A stretch of 64,000 bases of DNA, taken from assembly GCA_001643675.2 (NCBI GenBank), contig LSRY02000053.1, positions 186,001-250,000 on the forward strand, written 5' to 3'. Below, piece by piece: positions 34,848-47,737 of this stretch. Each line of letters starts with the position of its first letter. Position 1 is the first letter of the stretch. Position numbers and translations under genes: made by a program. The DNA is from Monocercomonoides exilis PA203 (Eukaryota > Protista > Preaxostyla). Below the pieces are notes generated by a model. That model saw nothing but the letters and a program-made list of their open reading frames with translations. It was not told the DNA's origin and did no database searches.

Positions 34848-35594
34848 CAAAAAATTTATTGATATATCTGTTTAATAGGATTTGACGAATGAAATTTTAT
34901 ATTAAAAAATCGCGTGACCATATATTTAAGAGTTTAAAGTATTTGTTAGAGTTGTTTCTTTAAGGAAAATGTAATAATTGACAATTGAAGTTGGAAATAA
35001 GGAATTTGTTTGTTCAAAAGAGATTTCAAAACGAAAACTATAATCACTAAATCATTGAACGACACATGTTAAGAACTTCATGTTGTGAAGTTTGTTTTAA
35101 TTTTGATATTTTGAAAATACTCATGGTATCAAGTTGATGGTTGTGATAGAAAGTTTAAGTGCATACATAATGTTGGAAAAAAGTGAAGTGTGTTTAATGT
35201 ATTTGATGATATATTTTCACGAGTTTCAAGCAAAAATGTTTGATTTTTTAAGTCACAAGATGATAAAGAATATTAAGTTTTTCGTTTTTTGTTGATAGCT
35301 CGTGTTGAATTTTTGTGAATTGAATTATTAGTGTGATTGTTGCTTTGAGTGGAGCGTCACAACATCGTTGTTTGAGTTTTGTGATTGAAAATACTAAGTG
35401 TTTTTGCAACAATTTTTTTTCAATAATTAACGAAAATTCGGAGACAATGTTGAATACTACGAATGAAAAATTAAAGAAGCATTTTTTTTTTCAAAAATTC
35501 TGCTTTTTCAATTGCATTAACGCAGATATTCAATTTATCATGATCAAAAATGGTATATTTATATTTTTCATTTTTATATTTGATTTCTGTGAAA

Positions 35595-38500
35595 ATGAAT
35601 GTATTTTTATGGCATTTTATTTTAAGTTTTTATGCAATAAATTGTGATCATTCTTTTGTGTGGTTAGAAAATCAAAAGGTATTTTCATGAATTGTGTAAT
35701 TATTCGATAATTTGAATATTTTAGACTTTTAGAAGTGTTAAAGCGTCAAAAGAATGTAACATTAATGATGCTAAAGTTGAAAATTCTGTTTTATGTTGTT
35801 GCTCATGTTTCCAACGCTCTTTGCTTCGATTGGATAATGCTTCAATAACAATGTCTTTCATTGCTTGTGAAAATGTAATGAATTGCCCTATTATTACCAC
35901 AGATAGAGACTCTTTTGTTAACTTATTGTCTTGCTATTTTCATCTTCGGAATCAAGCAATGAGTCTGGTTTATTCGAAAACGATATATTCGTACAATATT
36001 TCTTTATCATCAGCAGCTCGAATTAACGATTTTGATTTTTCATTATTCAATTTAGAGCAAAGAGATGGACAAGTTTTTTTGAAGTCAACACAAATTTGTA
36101 ATTTATGTACAACAACTACTTCATCATTTATATGTACAGGTTTTTGCAAAACTGAGCAAGTTGAAAATTCTATTTTTGCGAATTTAACCGTAATGAGACC
36201 TTTCATTACCTCATATTCATCGAGTGGATATGTTGGTTCGTGTTCTTTATCTCATTGCTCGCTCAATTCCGTTCGAGGAACATTTGATGGAGGGATTGTA
36301 TATGGATTCAAATCGATGAAATTCTTTCATTCAGAAAATAATACTTACGAAAAATGCATTCAACATCCTTTAATTGATATGCGAATCGATAAATTTGGTG
36401 AGAAGTCGGATCCCACAAGTCTCATACACTTTAAGCAATCTGTTGTTTTATCTCAAGAAGTTATTTTTTGGACTGACACATTTTTGTCCTGTCAAGCCGG
36501 TGAGGATAGCAACTACTTCAGTGGAGGAGCAATCTGTTTCATAGGAAGTCAAAATGAAGATGAAGGTGAATGTTCTCACAACTTGAATTATTCAACAAAA
36601 GATACAGAATCAGAAATTCCAACAAAATTGCCTTCTCAACATATTTCTCCAAAAGAAAATTTGCAAATCAATGGAACAAGTTTTTCATTTCCATCTCAGC
36701 CAATTTATTTTTCGCCTTCTATCGTATCTTGCAGTTTATTGATAAATGATTGTACGTTTCGAATGTGCAGCGCAAAACTTCAAGGAGGTTGTGTATTCTG
36801 TGAGCACGTTAAAACCTTTTCGTTTGTTGGCTGCTTGGTGGAAAACAGTGTGGCGGGTGAATGTGGAGGCGCTGTTATGGTTGATGATTGGACGACTTTA
36901 ATGATCAGTAAATGCAAATTTTATTCTTCAAATTGCTCCAACGCAGGTGGAGGATTATGGATTGGGGAGGAACACATCACCAAATCACATTTCTCACTTA
37001 TTGGCTCATTGCCATTCGATTTAAGTTCGAGCGATCCTTCTACAATCGTTCGAGATTGCTTGTTTGAGAAGCAAAATATCAAACTACTTCAAACAGACGA
37101 TCAATGGATGATTTCTCAGAATTTATCATCAACTTCTATCAAAACGAAAAATCTTCCAATCTTTCCTGACAAAGCTGGTGGAGCCGTGTTTATGAGTACA
37201 TCTAGCCCAAAGCCTTATTCAATTTCGGGGTGCTTCTTCAGTGAATGCAATGCTCATATTCATTCGGGTCTATTCCTGCTGTTACCTGCATCTTTATCAT
37301 CTTCGCCTTCCTCAGCAATATCGCATGTCAGATCTTCAAATATTGGTTCTACTAATTCTTCCTTTGGTGAAGATGCTCTTTCAAGGAAAATAAAATTTTG
37401 CTGTTTTTCTCGAGGTATATCCATAATGAGAGGTAAAGATGCGGGAATATACTTAGCAGACAATTTTCCTCTGGCTTCTAATCCATTCATTTGTAGTTTT
37501 TCAACAACTGAAAAAGATAGATTGTACGTGTGCACACCAAAAGATGTGGAGGAAGGGACTATACAAAGAATGGATAATAGATATTCCACTCGAGATTTCT
37601 CATCAACTAGAAAGCATAATCATGAATTGAAAAATATGAAACAAAAAATACAGAATGAAGCATCTTTTGTGGGAAGTCAAAGAACAAATTATCAAATTTC
37701 AAGCAACCGTTATGAAAAGAAGCGTTATTTTAACGATAGAGAAAACGAACTAGTTTATCAGTGTTCAGTTAATGACGATTTTCTTCCGCTCGGTTCATTT
37801 ATCAGGACTATCGATCCAGTTTATGGAAGCGACGGTTCAATAACTTGCGGGCAAGATGAAAGTATGCCGTGTCTTACCATTGGATATTTGCTAAATGCAT
37901 TTTACAAGTTTCCAGTGCAGTGGCAATTGAATTTGAAATCTGGTGAGTTTACCAAAGAAGATAATGGAATAACACTTGGAAGTATGATGTTGACTCTCGA
38001 AGGCACTTTGAAAAAGGGTGGAAAGTTAGAGACTACTATTAAAGCAATTAGAGTGGTGAATGAAGAAACGAATAGTTTCGCTTTTGAAAGCAAAAATGGA
38101 GCAAGAAATAAAAACGAACAAAGGAACGAGCAGAAGAACTATTTCGTCGAAATGAGAGGGAACAATCTTTATGTGAATCGCATTGAGTTTGTGTGGAATG
38201 TGAAGTCTGCTTTTGGCATGTTTGAAGTTGTAGACGATTCTCAGCTCAGCATGCTTGACTGTTTTATTACTGCTCAAGAGATGGACGAAGAAAAAGTGAG
38301 TGTGGGTAATAGAAGAAATGGCGTGCAGAATTCAAATAGGACTGGAAAGGGGAGAGATTTTGAGAAAGATTACACTTTGGTAAAAGATTTAAGTCAGATG
38401 CGTGAAATGAACAAAGTTGAAAAGGGTTTTCTTCAAACAAATGATGAACGACATAACCAAGCGCAACAATCCAGATATGCCATTCACGAAGATTGCTCAA

Positions 38501-41500
38501 AAGTGGAAGTGGATAGAAACGATAAAAATTTGTTTTATGTGGAAAATTCGCAAATAAAATTACAGTCAACAACGATAACTTCTATTTCTGGAGATCTAAA
38601 TGCACTGTTTAATATAAAATCCAATGTGTGAATAATTGCCTCTGAAATTTTTGTTTTATGTTTATGTGAAAAAAATTTACTTCATAAATCAAATGCTTGC
38701 GAATTATTTTTTTTTTTTGGATTATTTGTTATATTTATTCTAATTGTCATGTTTTTCTTCAATAATCGCATGTTATTTTAGAGCTATGACGTAACTCGTG
38801 CGTATTTCTTTCGTGTGAACTTTACAAGTTTAACAACCATTCGTGAAAATGTTAGTATAATGACTTTTGAACCAAGCAGCAACAGTTACGCCACAGTTGA
38901 TTGTATTCTTTCAGAGTTGAAAATGAGTATGTGCGAAATGAATGCTTGTGGAAGTATGAGTGGTAAATTAGGAGGCTGTATGAATGTACTTGCTGCGCCC
39001 TCTTCGGATTTCACTCTGAATAATACGAAATTCCACTATTGCTTTCTTCCTCTCGCCAAAGAAAAGGCAATTGAAGGGCAGGTCCAATGTCTGTGCGCTT
39101 CGGATATTGCAGGCAAAACAAAAGGGGGAGCAATATTTGTAGATTCTCGAAATATAATTCTCTCGAATTGCTTTGAAACTGAAAATTTATTTTTTCATAG
39201 CAATGCTGCTGATATCGGGAGAGACATGTTTTTTATGATGAAAGATTTGAACAATGTTTCGAGAAAACTTGTTTCTTTCACAAAAACGCCTGTTGATTAT
39301 GATACAAACAACTCTATTGTATTCTGCTATGGCAATTGTGAGTTCCTATTCGACTTTACATATTTGTTCTCTAACATCACGTCTCCAATCTTTGCAGCAA
39401 CAACGCCGAGTTGTTTGGACTGGATTAATTGTGGGGATAGAGAAATACCATGTGCCACGCTTTCTTACTCACAAGAGCGCTTGAGAAAGATTGAAAATGG
39501 AAGAACAAATGTCTATGTGTGGAAGCTCTTGTCATTGAAAAAGATCTGCATTCTCAAAGATGTTGTGGTGAACGGATCGTGTGAAGGAGAAGAAGATGTG
39601 ATATCCTTAAAAGAGGTATTAAAATATGAGAATGAAATCTATTTCAATCAAAGTTCAACTGAACCGGAAAATTTATTTAATTCCTTTAAAACATTAATTG
39701 AAATAAACGGAGCAGTAGATTTCAATAAGTTAAAAATTACGAAAGACTCAATAGAATTAAGTAAATGCATATTTCATGTTGTGAATGCAGACTTCAGGTT
39801 GAATAATGTCACAATAGAACTTGGAGCTTCCGATCAGAAATCTGAAGCTATGCTGTTGGGGCAATGTCCTATTGCTCGCCGGGCACACTCTGAACCAATT
39901 ATTGTTAATGGCAATTGCATATTGTATCTTGAGTCCTCAAATTATGTTTCGAAAAATGTCATATTCCGAACCTTCGACAAAAGTGATGTACATGCAATTG
40001 TGTGTTGCTCATCTACTTGCATTTTGAAACAATGTAAGGTTGAATCTTTCCGGTTTCATTCCGCAGGTTTCATTGTTGTAACAACTCAGCATTTGAGTAA
40101 TGGAATTGAATCAAAATTTTCAAGAATTTCGGATACTTCAAATTCATCTTTATCAAAACTGCATTCTATCACAGAATTTAATTCAGATTCTGACTCTAAA
40201 ATAAGCTTGGCTTCATTGGAAGATGTGCATTTAATTAACTGCAGTTTTGTGACATCTGCGGCAATAACCGTTGAACCAACTAGCAATGCGTCAGATCCTC
40301 TTCTAAGCTTATCTGTTGTTAACTGTTGGTTCACTGGCCTGAATGTGAGCGGAAATGGAAGTGCAATTCTGCGTGTCAAAAAACCTCTGGAAATAAGATT
40401 GAACGAAAAAGGTTTTTTAATTATATTTTTATTACTGAGGATTAATCGATAAATTTTTTTTTCTTGAATTTTTATTTGATTTGCAAAATTATGTTGCTTG
40501 TTAATTTGATAACATAATCGATGTCTCAGAGAGGAAGAACAACTTTGCTATAAATGCGCCTGTTCCATCAACACAGCCTATTAAAGTCCATTTTCACGGA
40601 TGCTCTTTTTTCAAGTGCAAAAGTACTGCAAACGATGGCAGAGGGATGATGAGTGTGTTCCTTCCTTCACATTTGAGCTCCAGCTTCGTCATTGAAAACT
40701 GCACATTTGCTAGCTGTGAATCAAGCAACTATCTGGGAGGAAATTTACTGAACTTGGAATGTGAAGGTGATATTTGTGATTTTTTGCTGTGTTTTGTGAT
40801 ATTTCAAAAAGGAAAATGTAATGAAGTGAGTGCTGAAATGGTGGAAGAAGAAGGAAGCGAGCAAAAAATGTTCAAAAAAGATGTTAGAAGTACAAAAAAT
40901 ACCAATGCTAACTTGGATAAGTACGACATTAGAAATCCTTTTTTTCTGATTCAAGATCAAAATTGCAGTTCTACTGTTAGTGAAAACAAATTGATTTTTG
41001 ATCCATCACTACAACTTAATTCATATGGATTTGAGCAAAAAATTGCTGAGGTGATCATCACCGCGTACAATGTGACAAAAGTCTGCCATCCTTGGCAGTT
41101 CCGCTTTCATCATATCGAAGGGAATTCAGCAACGTTGATCTTTGGGAAGAATCTTAAAGACGAAAGTGAAGAGATACCCAATCAAAATGCTGTTTTTGCT
41201 GATAGCCATTATGAAAGATCTTCAATTGACACGGAAAGTGGTTTTCTTGATCTACATACAAGTATTCTGAATCTGTCATTATATGACAATGTGTATGTAA
41301 CTGCCCCAAAAGTGCTGAATGGTAATTTTTCGACAAGCAAATCAGTACAGAATAAAGATTCTTGTGGGAATTCTACTGAAACCGCATGTTTATCTGTGGC
41401 TCAAGCGTTATCTCACATAACAGGAAATCAAAATAACACAATTTTTGTTGTTGAGAAGGCTATTCTGGATGAGGAGGTGGATTTTACCGACACTTTCTTG

Positions 41501-43792
41501 GCTGGAATGGAACAGCCTCCACAATATGCATCGTCTGAGCGTTCGGACAAGCGCTTTAATTCTTCATCGAAAACAAATACTTCACAGTTATCCGAATGTT
41601 TTGCTGAATTAATTGTTGATTCAGATTTTACTACAGATGCTTCAGTTTGTTGTAAAGGTGACTTGCCAAATCGCTTTTCGCATGCAGCAATTTCTTCCAC
41701 AAATCTGCATTCCAACGATTCTGTTGGCGATACTCACTTCAGTTTACATCATTCTTCTCTTTCTTCTCGCCCTTTGTTAAGAGAATCTTTCGTCTCGAAC
41801 AAAGGATCTTTCACAATAACGAACCTCTTATTCACCTTTCGTTCAATCTCTTCTCAGCACAAATCTTTTCTGCTGTCTGATGGAATATCTTTAAATGTGT
41901 CTGATTGCTCATTCACTTCAGATTTATCCAAAAAAATGGAAAGAAATTTTCGTGTTTCTTCAGAGCGCTCTTTTTCTGCACCTTATTTCACACTTTCCCA
42001 GCATCTATTTCTGATTCGATGTGGAAAAGCTGCATTGAACAAAGTATTAGTTTCGTCAATCGAATTCACTTCATCTTCTCTTATTGAATGTTTGTCTCCA
42101 TGCGCTTTATCTTTGAACAGTTGTCAGCTCTGCAATTTACGCTCAATTAGTTCAGCATTGATTCATGTACCATTTATAGATGATTCGTTTGAAGGTAATT
42201 ACATTTATTTTATTGCTCAAACAACTATCCAAAATATATCCAGAATTGAAGAAATTAGCTCAACAGATAAAAAGAAACATTCGCACAAAAGCAATCAAGT
42301 TCCTTCGATTTTATCATGTCATCCAGCTGTTTTATATTTTGATCGCCCAAATAGCAGGATGATGATGGAAGATGTGAGAATAGTCGATTGCTTCTTCTTT
42401 CAAAGGTCTGTTAGTTCTTCCTCGGTTGTTAGTGTCAATACAATGAATCGCAATTATACCAAGATGGGGGAAGAAGGTGATGAAAGCAAAGGGACTCTGA
42501 TGGCTATTCGTGCTTCTATTGTTGATGCATATTTATTCAATATTTTCGAGACTAGAAACTCTCTAAATGTTGCATCTGATTGTTCGGATTTAGCCTTTGG
42601 TAATTTATTAACCTCTGATAAACAACTGAATTTACAGAATGAAATTCCTTCTGACTGCCTGTGGGCTTCTTCTTCGTTTCACATCATCAGCAAAAAAACA
42701 ACATTTCTGCGATGCGTTTTCGAAAATTTAACATTTGGTGCTCTTTCTGTAGATGACTCAAATCTGCTTGTTACTGAGTGTTCTTTCGCAAATAACAAGG
42801 CCGCATCAGACTCGTTGGGAAAGCTATCTGGCAATTTTTCGGAACACGATAACTTCTATAAAGCAAAATCAGTTTCTTTGCCAGAAGCTTATGGCCCAAT
42901 TTCACATAACATTTTATGTTCAAACTCTGTTTTGTCTTATTTTATTGGAACATTTGAAAGTGACATTGTTTCTAATGAGTCTCAATCTTTGTGGATTATT
43001 GACAACAACTGTACGATTGATTCAATGAGCAAGAGTATTTCAGTGACTTCAATCTTCAATGTCCCTTCAATTCTAAATGTGTCTCTCACAGAAAAAGATG
43101 CCAAAAAGACAGGCTTCAAAGAAGGAGACAGCGAAGATACGAAATGGAAAATTCACTTTGCTGGACTCAATCTTGTTCCTTGTGATTTGAGCTTTGGTGT
43201 TAGTGCAGTGGCTGATATTGATATTCTTCAAATTAAAAGAATCCAATTTTCCGAATATGTTGCATCAACAGAAGCGAATGGCGAAATATCTCTGGAAGAT
43301 ATATATGGATTGAGTAAAGACAAGATTGAATCATCAACTGTACTCTCATTGCCATTGCATGCATCGAAAAAACCAACGTCGGCTCACTCCTCTTCTACAG
43401 AATTGCCTGCTCTATTACCTTCACATCTTTATGCAGTTGTGTTTTATCCATTTTCTGTCTATTCAAACAAACAAACAGTTACTAACAGATATGATGTGAA
43501 GATGCTTTTAACAACTGATGAACCCAAAGGCACAGACATGATTTTGATAATTATATGTACAACAGTTTCATTCTTTGTGGTGATAGTTTTCTTGGTGTTG
43601 CTTGTTGTTATTGTGAGGCTTCGAAGTAGATTGAAGGAAAAGGAAAAGGAGAGAGAGAGGAAAAATGAATTGAAAGATCATTTTCCTGGTTATTCGTCCT
43701 TTACAGAGACGAGCCATAAGAATTCGTTTTCTATTCAGTCAGAATTTTTCGTTCCAAATGACGTACAGCCTCCAATGTTCGAAGATGATTGA
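35595..43792 (+). CDS. Large type I membrane surface protein (~2625 aa), same ectodomain family as 7839-16025, short tail. Exons 35595-35678, 35725-38625, 38782-40411, 40530-43792
   Basis: Phase-compatible GT-AG introns of 46, 156 and 118 nt join a signal-peptide-like exon (MNVFLWHFILSFYAINC) and three track ORFs; the intron 2 boundaries could shift by 2 nt. GGA motifs, three CG...[P/A]C modules and TM MILIIICTTVSFFVVIVFLVLLVVIV. Confidence 0.82.
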
Positions 43793-44230
43793 AATTTTTT
43801 GTTAAACATATATTATTTTTTAAGATATGCATTACCAATCACATCATATCAAAACATTTATGTAAAAAATATTCATGTTTGAGATTTTATAAACAGTAAT
43901 TAATATTTTTTTTTTTTATTTTCTTATTTGTATGTTAGTTTGCTTGCTTTCTTGTTTGCTTGTTTTTATCCTTTGAAAATATTTTTGTTGCTTTAAAAAA
44001 AATTTTTTTTTGTTATTTTGATTGAAAAAGTCGAATAAACTTACGGAAATTGTTGTATTTTTTTTATCTGATTACTTTTATAATTAAGTGCTGTCGAATA
44101 TTTGCTTTTCAGTTTTCACCAAATTTCAACGAGAATTTTTCCTTTAATATTTTTTGACATCATTTTTTTGTTGATTATTAGAAATATAACTTTCTGGAAT
44201 CAAATGATCAAATGTTTTCTTGAAAAAAAC

Positions 44231-44498
<268 letters not shown>

Positions 44499-45340
44499 AA
44501 ATTCTGAAGATTTATTTAACGATTCAATATAAATTAATATTAATTGGCTAACAATTTCTTTCAAATGGATCACTTCTAGAAAAGTTGAAAATGTTTTTAA
44601 ATTGGGAATAAAAAATTGTCCATTTTTTAAATCACTTTTAGAAACAAATTTTAAGATTTTTCGATTGTTGAAATAATTTCTTTTCAAAATTGTTTGAGTA
44701 TTCTTATTTCCACCTTTTTAAAAATCATTGGATTTAGTGAAGATAGTGATTTAAAAAGGAATGCTTCATTAAACCATTTTTTAATGGGTGATTATTTTAG
44801 AAATCAAGTAACTTCACAAAAATTATTCTGTGAAAAAATTTCCCTTGAATTTAAACGCCAGAACACAGAAAAATGAAAAGACTTGAAAAAGACATCTTCA
44901 TCTTATTTTGTGTTAAAACAGATGTTTTAATAACAGTTGCGATTCTTTAAACATTTGAATGAGAAAATTTCGAAAGGAAAACAATCAATCTTTGAAAAAA
45001 CAATACCACAAAATAAGTTATGATTTCAAAAATTATCACACTAATATTCTTGTAACTCTCGAAAAAAGAACATCTCGAGAGTGGAATATTTTTTATTGAA
45101 CTGTCACTTTTGGTATTATTTTTGTATTTTGAAAATTATTCATTGTTTTGATTGATTTTTCGCAAAAACCAGTTAGTTACAACAGGAATTTGGTAAAAAA
45201 ATACTTGGCAATTCAAAAATTTCCATTTTTATTATTGAACTTGTTTCATAATGAAAGAAGTGTGGATTTTTACAGAAATTTGTAATTTTTTTCGTTTGTT
45301 TGTATTTTCAATGAAGTGACAATGAAATTATTAAATGAAA

Positions 45341-45610
45341 TGGGGCAAAATATTTTGCTTCAAGCATTTTCATTGAAAAATTATGCACTCTTCATTAACT
45401 TTTTTTGATCAAAAAATACAATAAAAATGGGTCCATTTTTTGACATTCGTGAAATGTCATTAAACTTCATGTTTTAATTTCAATGATGCCTGTTTGAGAA
45501 TATGAAAATCAAATTTATTTTGAAATCTGAGAAAGCGAAATAAAGTTATGAGTGTTGCAATTTTTCTATGCTTTGTGCAAAAAAAGCTTGAAAGTCTGTA
45601 TTTCCCACCA
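45341..45610 (-). repeat. Dispersed non-coding repeat, copy 2 (copy 1 at 6011-6290)
   Basis: The reverse complement contains TCAAGCTTTTTTTGCACAAAGCAT, CAGATTTCAAAATAAATTTGATTTTCATAT and TAATTTTTCAATGAAAATGCTTGAAG, in the same order as copy 1. Confidence 0.8.
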
Positions 45611-46818
45611 AATAAGAAAAAAAAATATGTTCAGCAAAAAGAACGTTCGTTTCTAAATTTTCATGTGATTTTGTTAATGTGAAACACTCCTTGAATTCTA
45701 TTTGTTTTCAATAAAAAACTCCAACATAAAAAATGTGAACGACAAAAATAATTCTTCTCGAAAAATATTTGAAAACAAAAAAACAAAAAAAAACACACTA
45801 AAAGATCAAAAATGCTTCAGACATTGTTTTCAAAATTCATATCAGAATTTTATATTTTTATTTTTATGATTTGAAAAAAAAATGTAGGTGATTCTTTTTG
45901 ATTTCATATTTTTTCTATCAAAATTTTCGAATTAAATGTTTTTCGCAAAAATAAAAAAATCAATTTCATGTTTTAATTAAACAAAAATGCATTTCTTTGT
46001 CATTAGGCAACAACGTGTGTTTGAAAGTCAACAATTTGAAAGCAATAAATGCTTCTCTGAGATGGATTTTGCAGAGAAATTAAAAGCAGAAAATAATTCA
46101 TGCACTTAAAAAATGTTTGACAACAAAAATAATCTCCCATGTATTTTGAATTTTATTATTAATTGATGAAATTCTCATTGTTTTCAGGTTTATTTTATAT
46201 TTAGACTGTGAGAATTATAATTTCAGAAAGCTTTCCATGAATTTCTCTATCTCTTGAACAAAACATAAAAAAACAATTTTTTTTGTTATTGAATCGTGAG
46301 TGTAAATCTTTTTGATTCACATTCTTTCAAACAAAAAAAGACAAAATTAATAAATAAATAAAAAATGATAACAAGTTTTTTCAGATTAAAATAACACTCC
46401 TTTCAAATGAATTGGTTGCAATTTCTTCATATTTAAAATTATTGTTTTCTTCAAAAATTCAACATGTCAAATATTTCATTTCAAAATAACACAGATCTTG
46501 ATTTTGCATTTCGATATTTGTCTATATACAATGTTTTTTGTGATTTCAAAAACAATCACTCAAGTGTTTATGAAACACATGAAAATGAAAATTTTTGATG
46601 ACTTTTTATGAAAAATGGAAAAAAGTTTTTCTTTAGATATTTTCATTGAAAATTATCGAGCATTGGATGAATATCTTTTTCAAAAAATTTGAATAAGTTA
46701 GGTTCATTTTGAGAAAAGCGAATGAGATAACAAAAAAATCATGTTATGATGTTTTCAATTCTCGTTCTTTGAAATGAAATATTTCTTTTTCTTTTTCTTT
46801 CTTTCTTTTTTTCTTTAT

Positions 46819-46901
46819 TTCATTCATTCATTCATTCATTCATTCATTCATTCATTCATTCATTCATTCATTCATTCATTCATTCATTCATTCATTCATT
46901 C
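46819..46901. repeat. (TTCA)n microsatellite
   Basis: Read directly from the sequence. Confidence 0.95.
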
Positions 46902-46985
46902 TTCTTTTTTCTTTCTATCTTTTTCATTTTTTCCTTTCTTTTTCTTTTTTTCTTTTTGTTTTTCTTTTTTCCTTTACTAATTCTT

Positions 46986-47163
46986 TTTCTATTTCTATTT
47001 CTATTTCTATTTCTATTTCTATTTCTATTTCTATTTCTATTTCTATTTCTATTTCTATTTCTATTTCTATTTCTATTTCTATTTCTATTTCTATTTCTAT
47101 TTCTATTTCTATTTCTATTTCTATTTCTATTTCTATTTCTATTTCTATTTCTATTTCTATTTC
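46986..47163. repeat. (TTTCTA)n hexanucleotide microsatellite
   Basis: Read directly from the sequence; uninterrupted array. Confidence 0.95.
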
Positions 47164-47576
47164 TTTTCTTTTCTTTTCTTTTTTTGAAGTCTGAAAAAGT
47201 CAAACAAGTTTTGAAAGATCTGAATTTTTTAAATTTATAGCAAAAAAAAACCTGAAAGTTAGTGTTTTCATACAAAAAAAGAATTAAAAAAATTTTTTTG
47301 TAGAACAAGTTATGATTCATTCAAAAGACATCACCATCAAATGAAAAAATAAAATAATAAATTTAATTATTGGATACCATAATGGTTCAATATTAAATTG
47401 TTTGTTTTTTTTTTTTATAATAAAATTTATTCAAAAAAGATAAATAAATTATTTTGAAATGCATGTTTTTTTGTAAGCATAATAAAGAAAAAAAAAAAAA
47501 GAAAAGAAATCATTTCAATAACAAATAACATCTTCTCTCTCATCCCACAAAAATGAAAATAAGTTTTTATTTTATG

Positions 47577-47607
<31 letters not shown>

Positions 47608-47737
47608 AAAGAAAGAAAAAAAAAAATTAAAAAATTTCTGTAAACATTTAAGCAAACAAAAATTTTTTTAAAAAAATGATTTTATAAAAAACTAAAAATG
47701 CTTTCTATCTCACACAGAAAAAAGAATTTTTAAACTA

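Noticed and set aside
34714-34850. Assignment as U3, U4, U14, RNase P/MRP, SRP or telomerase RNA
   Set aside because: Lacks U3 box A (GGATCA), hinge and internal box C; no U6-pairing arm; no P4 motif; no telomeric template. Kept only as a generic C/D-like candidate.
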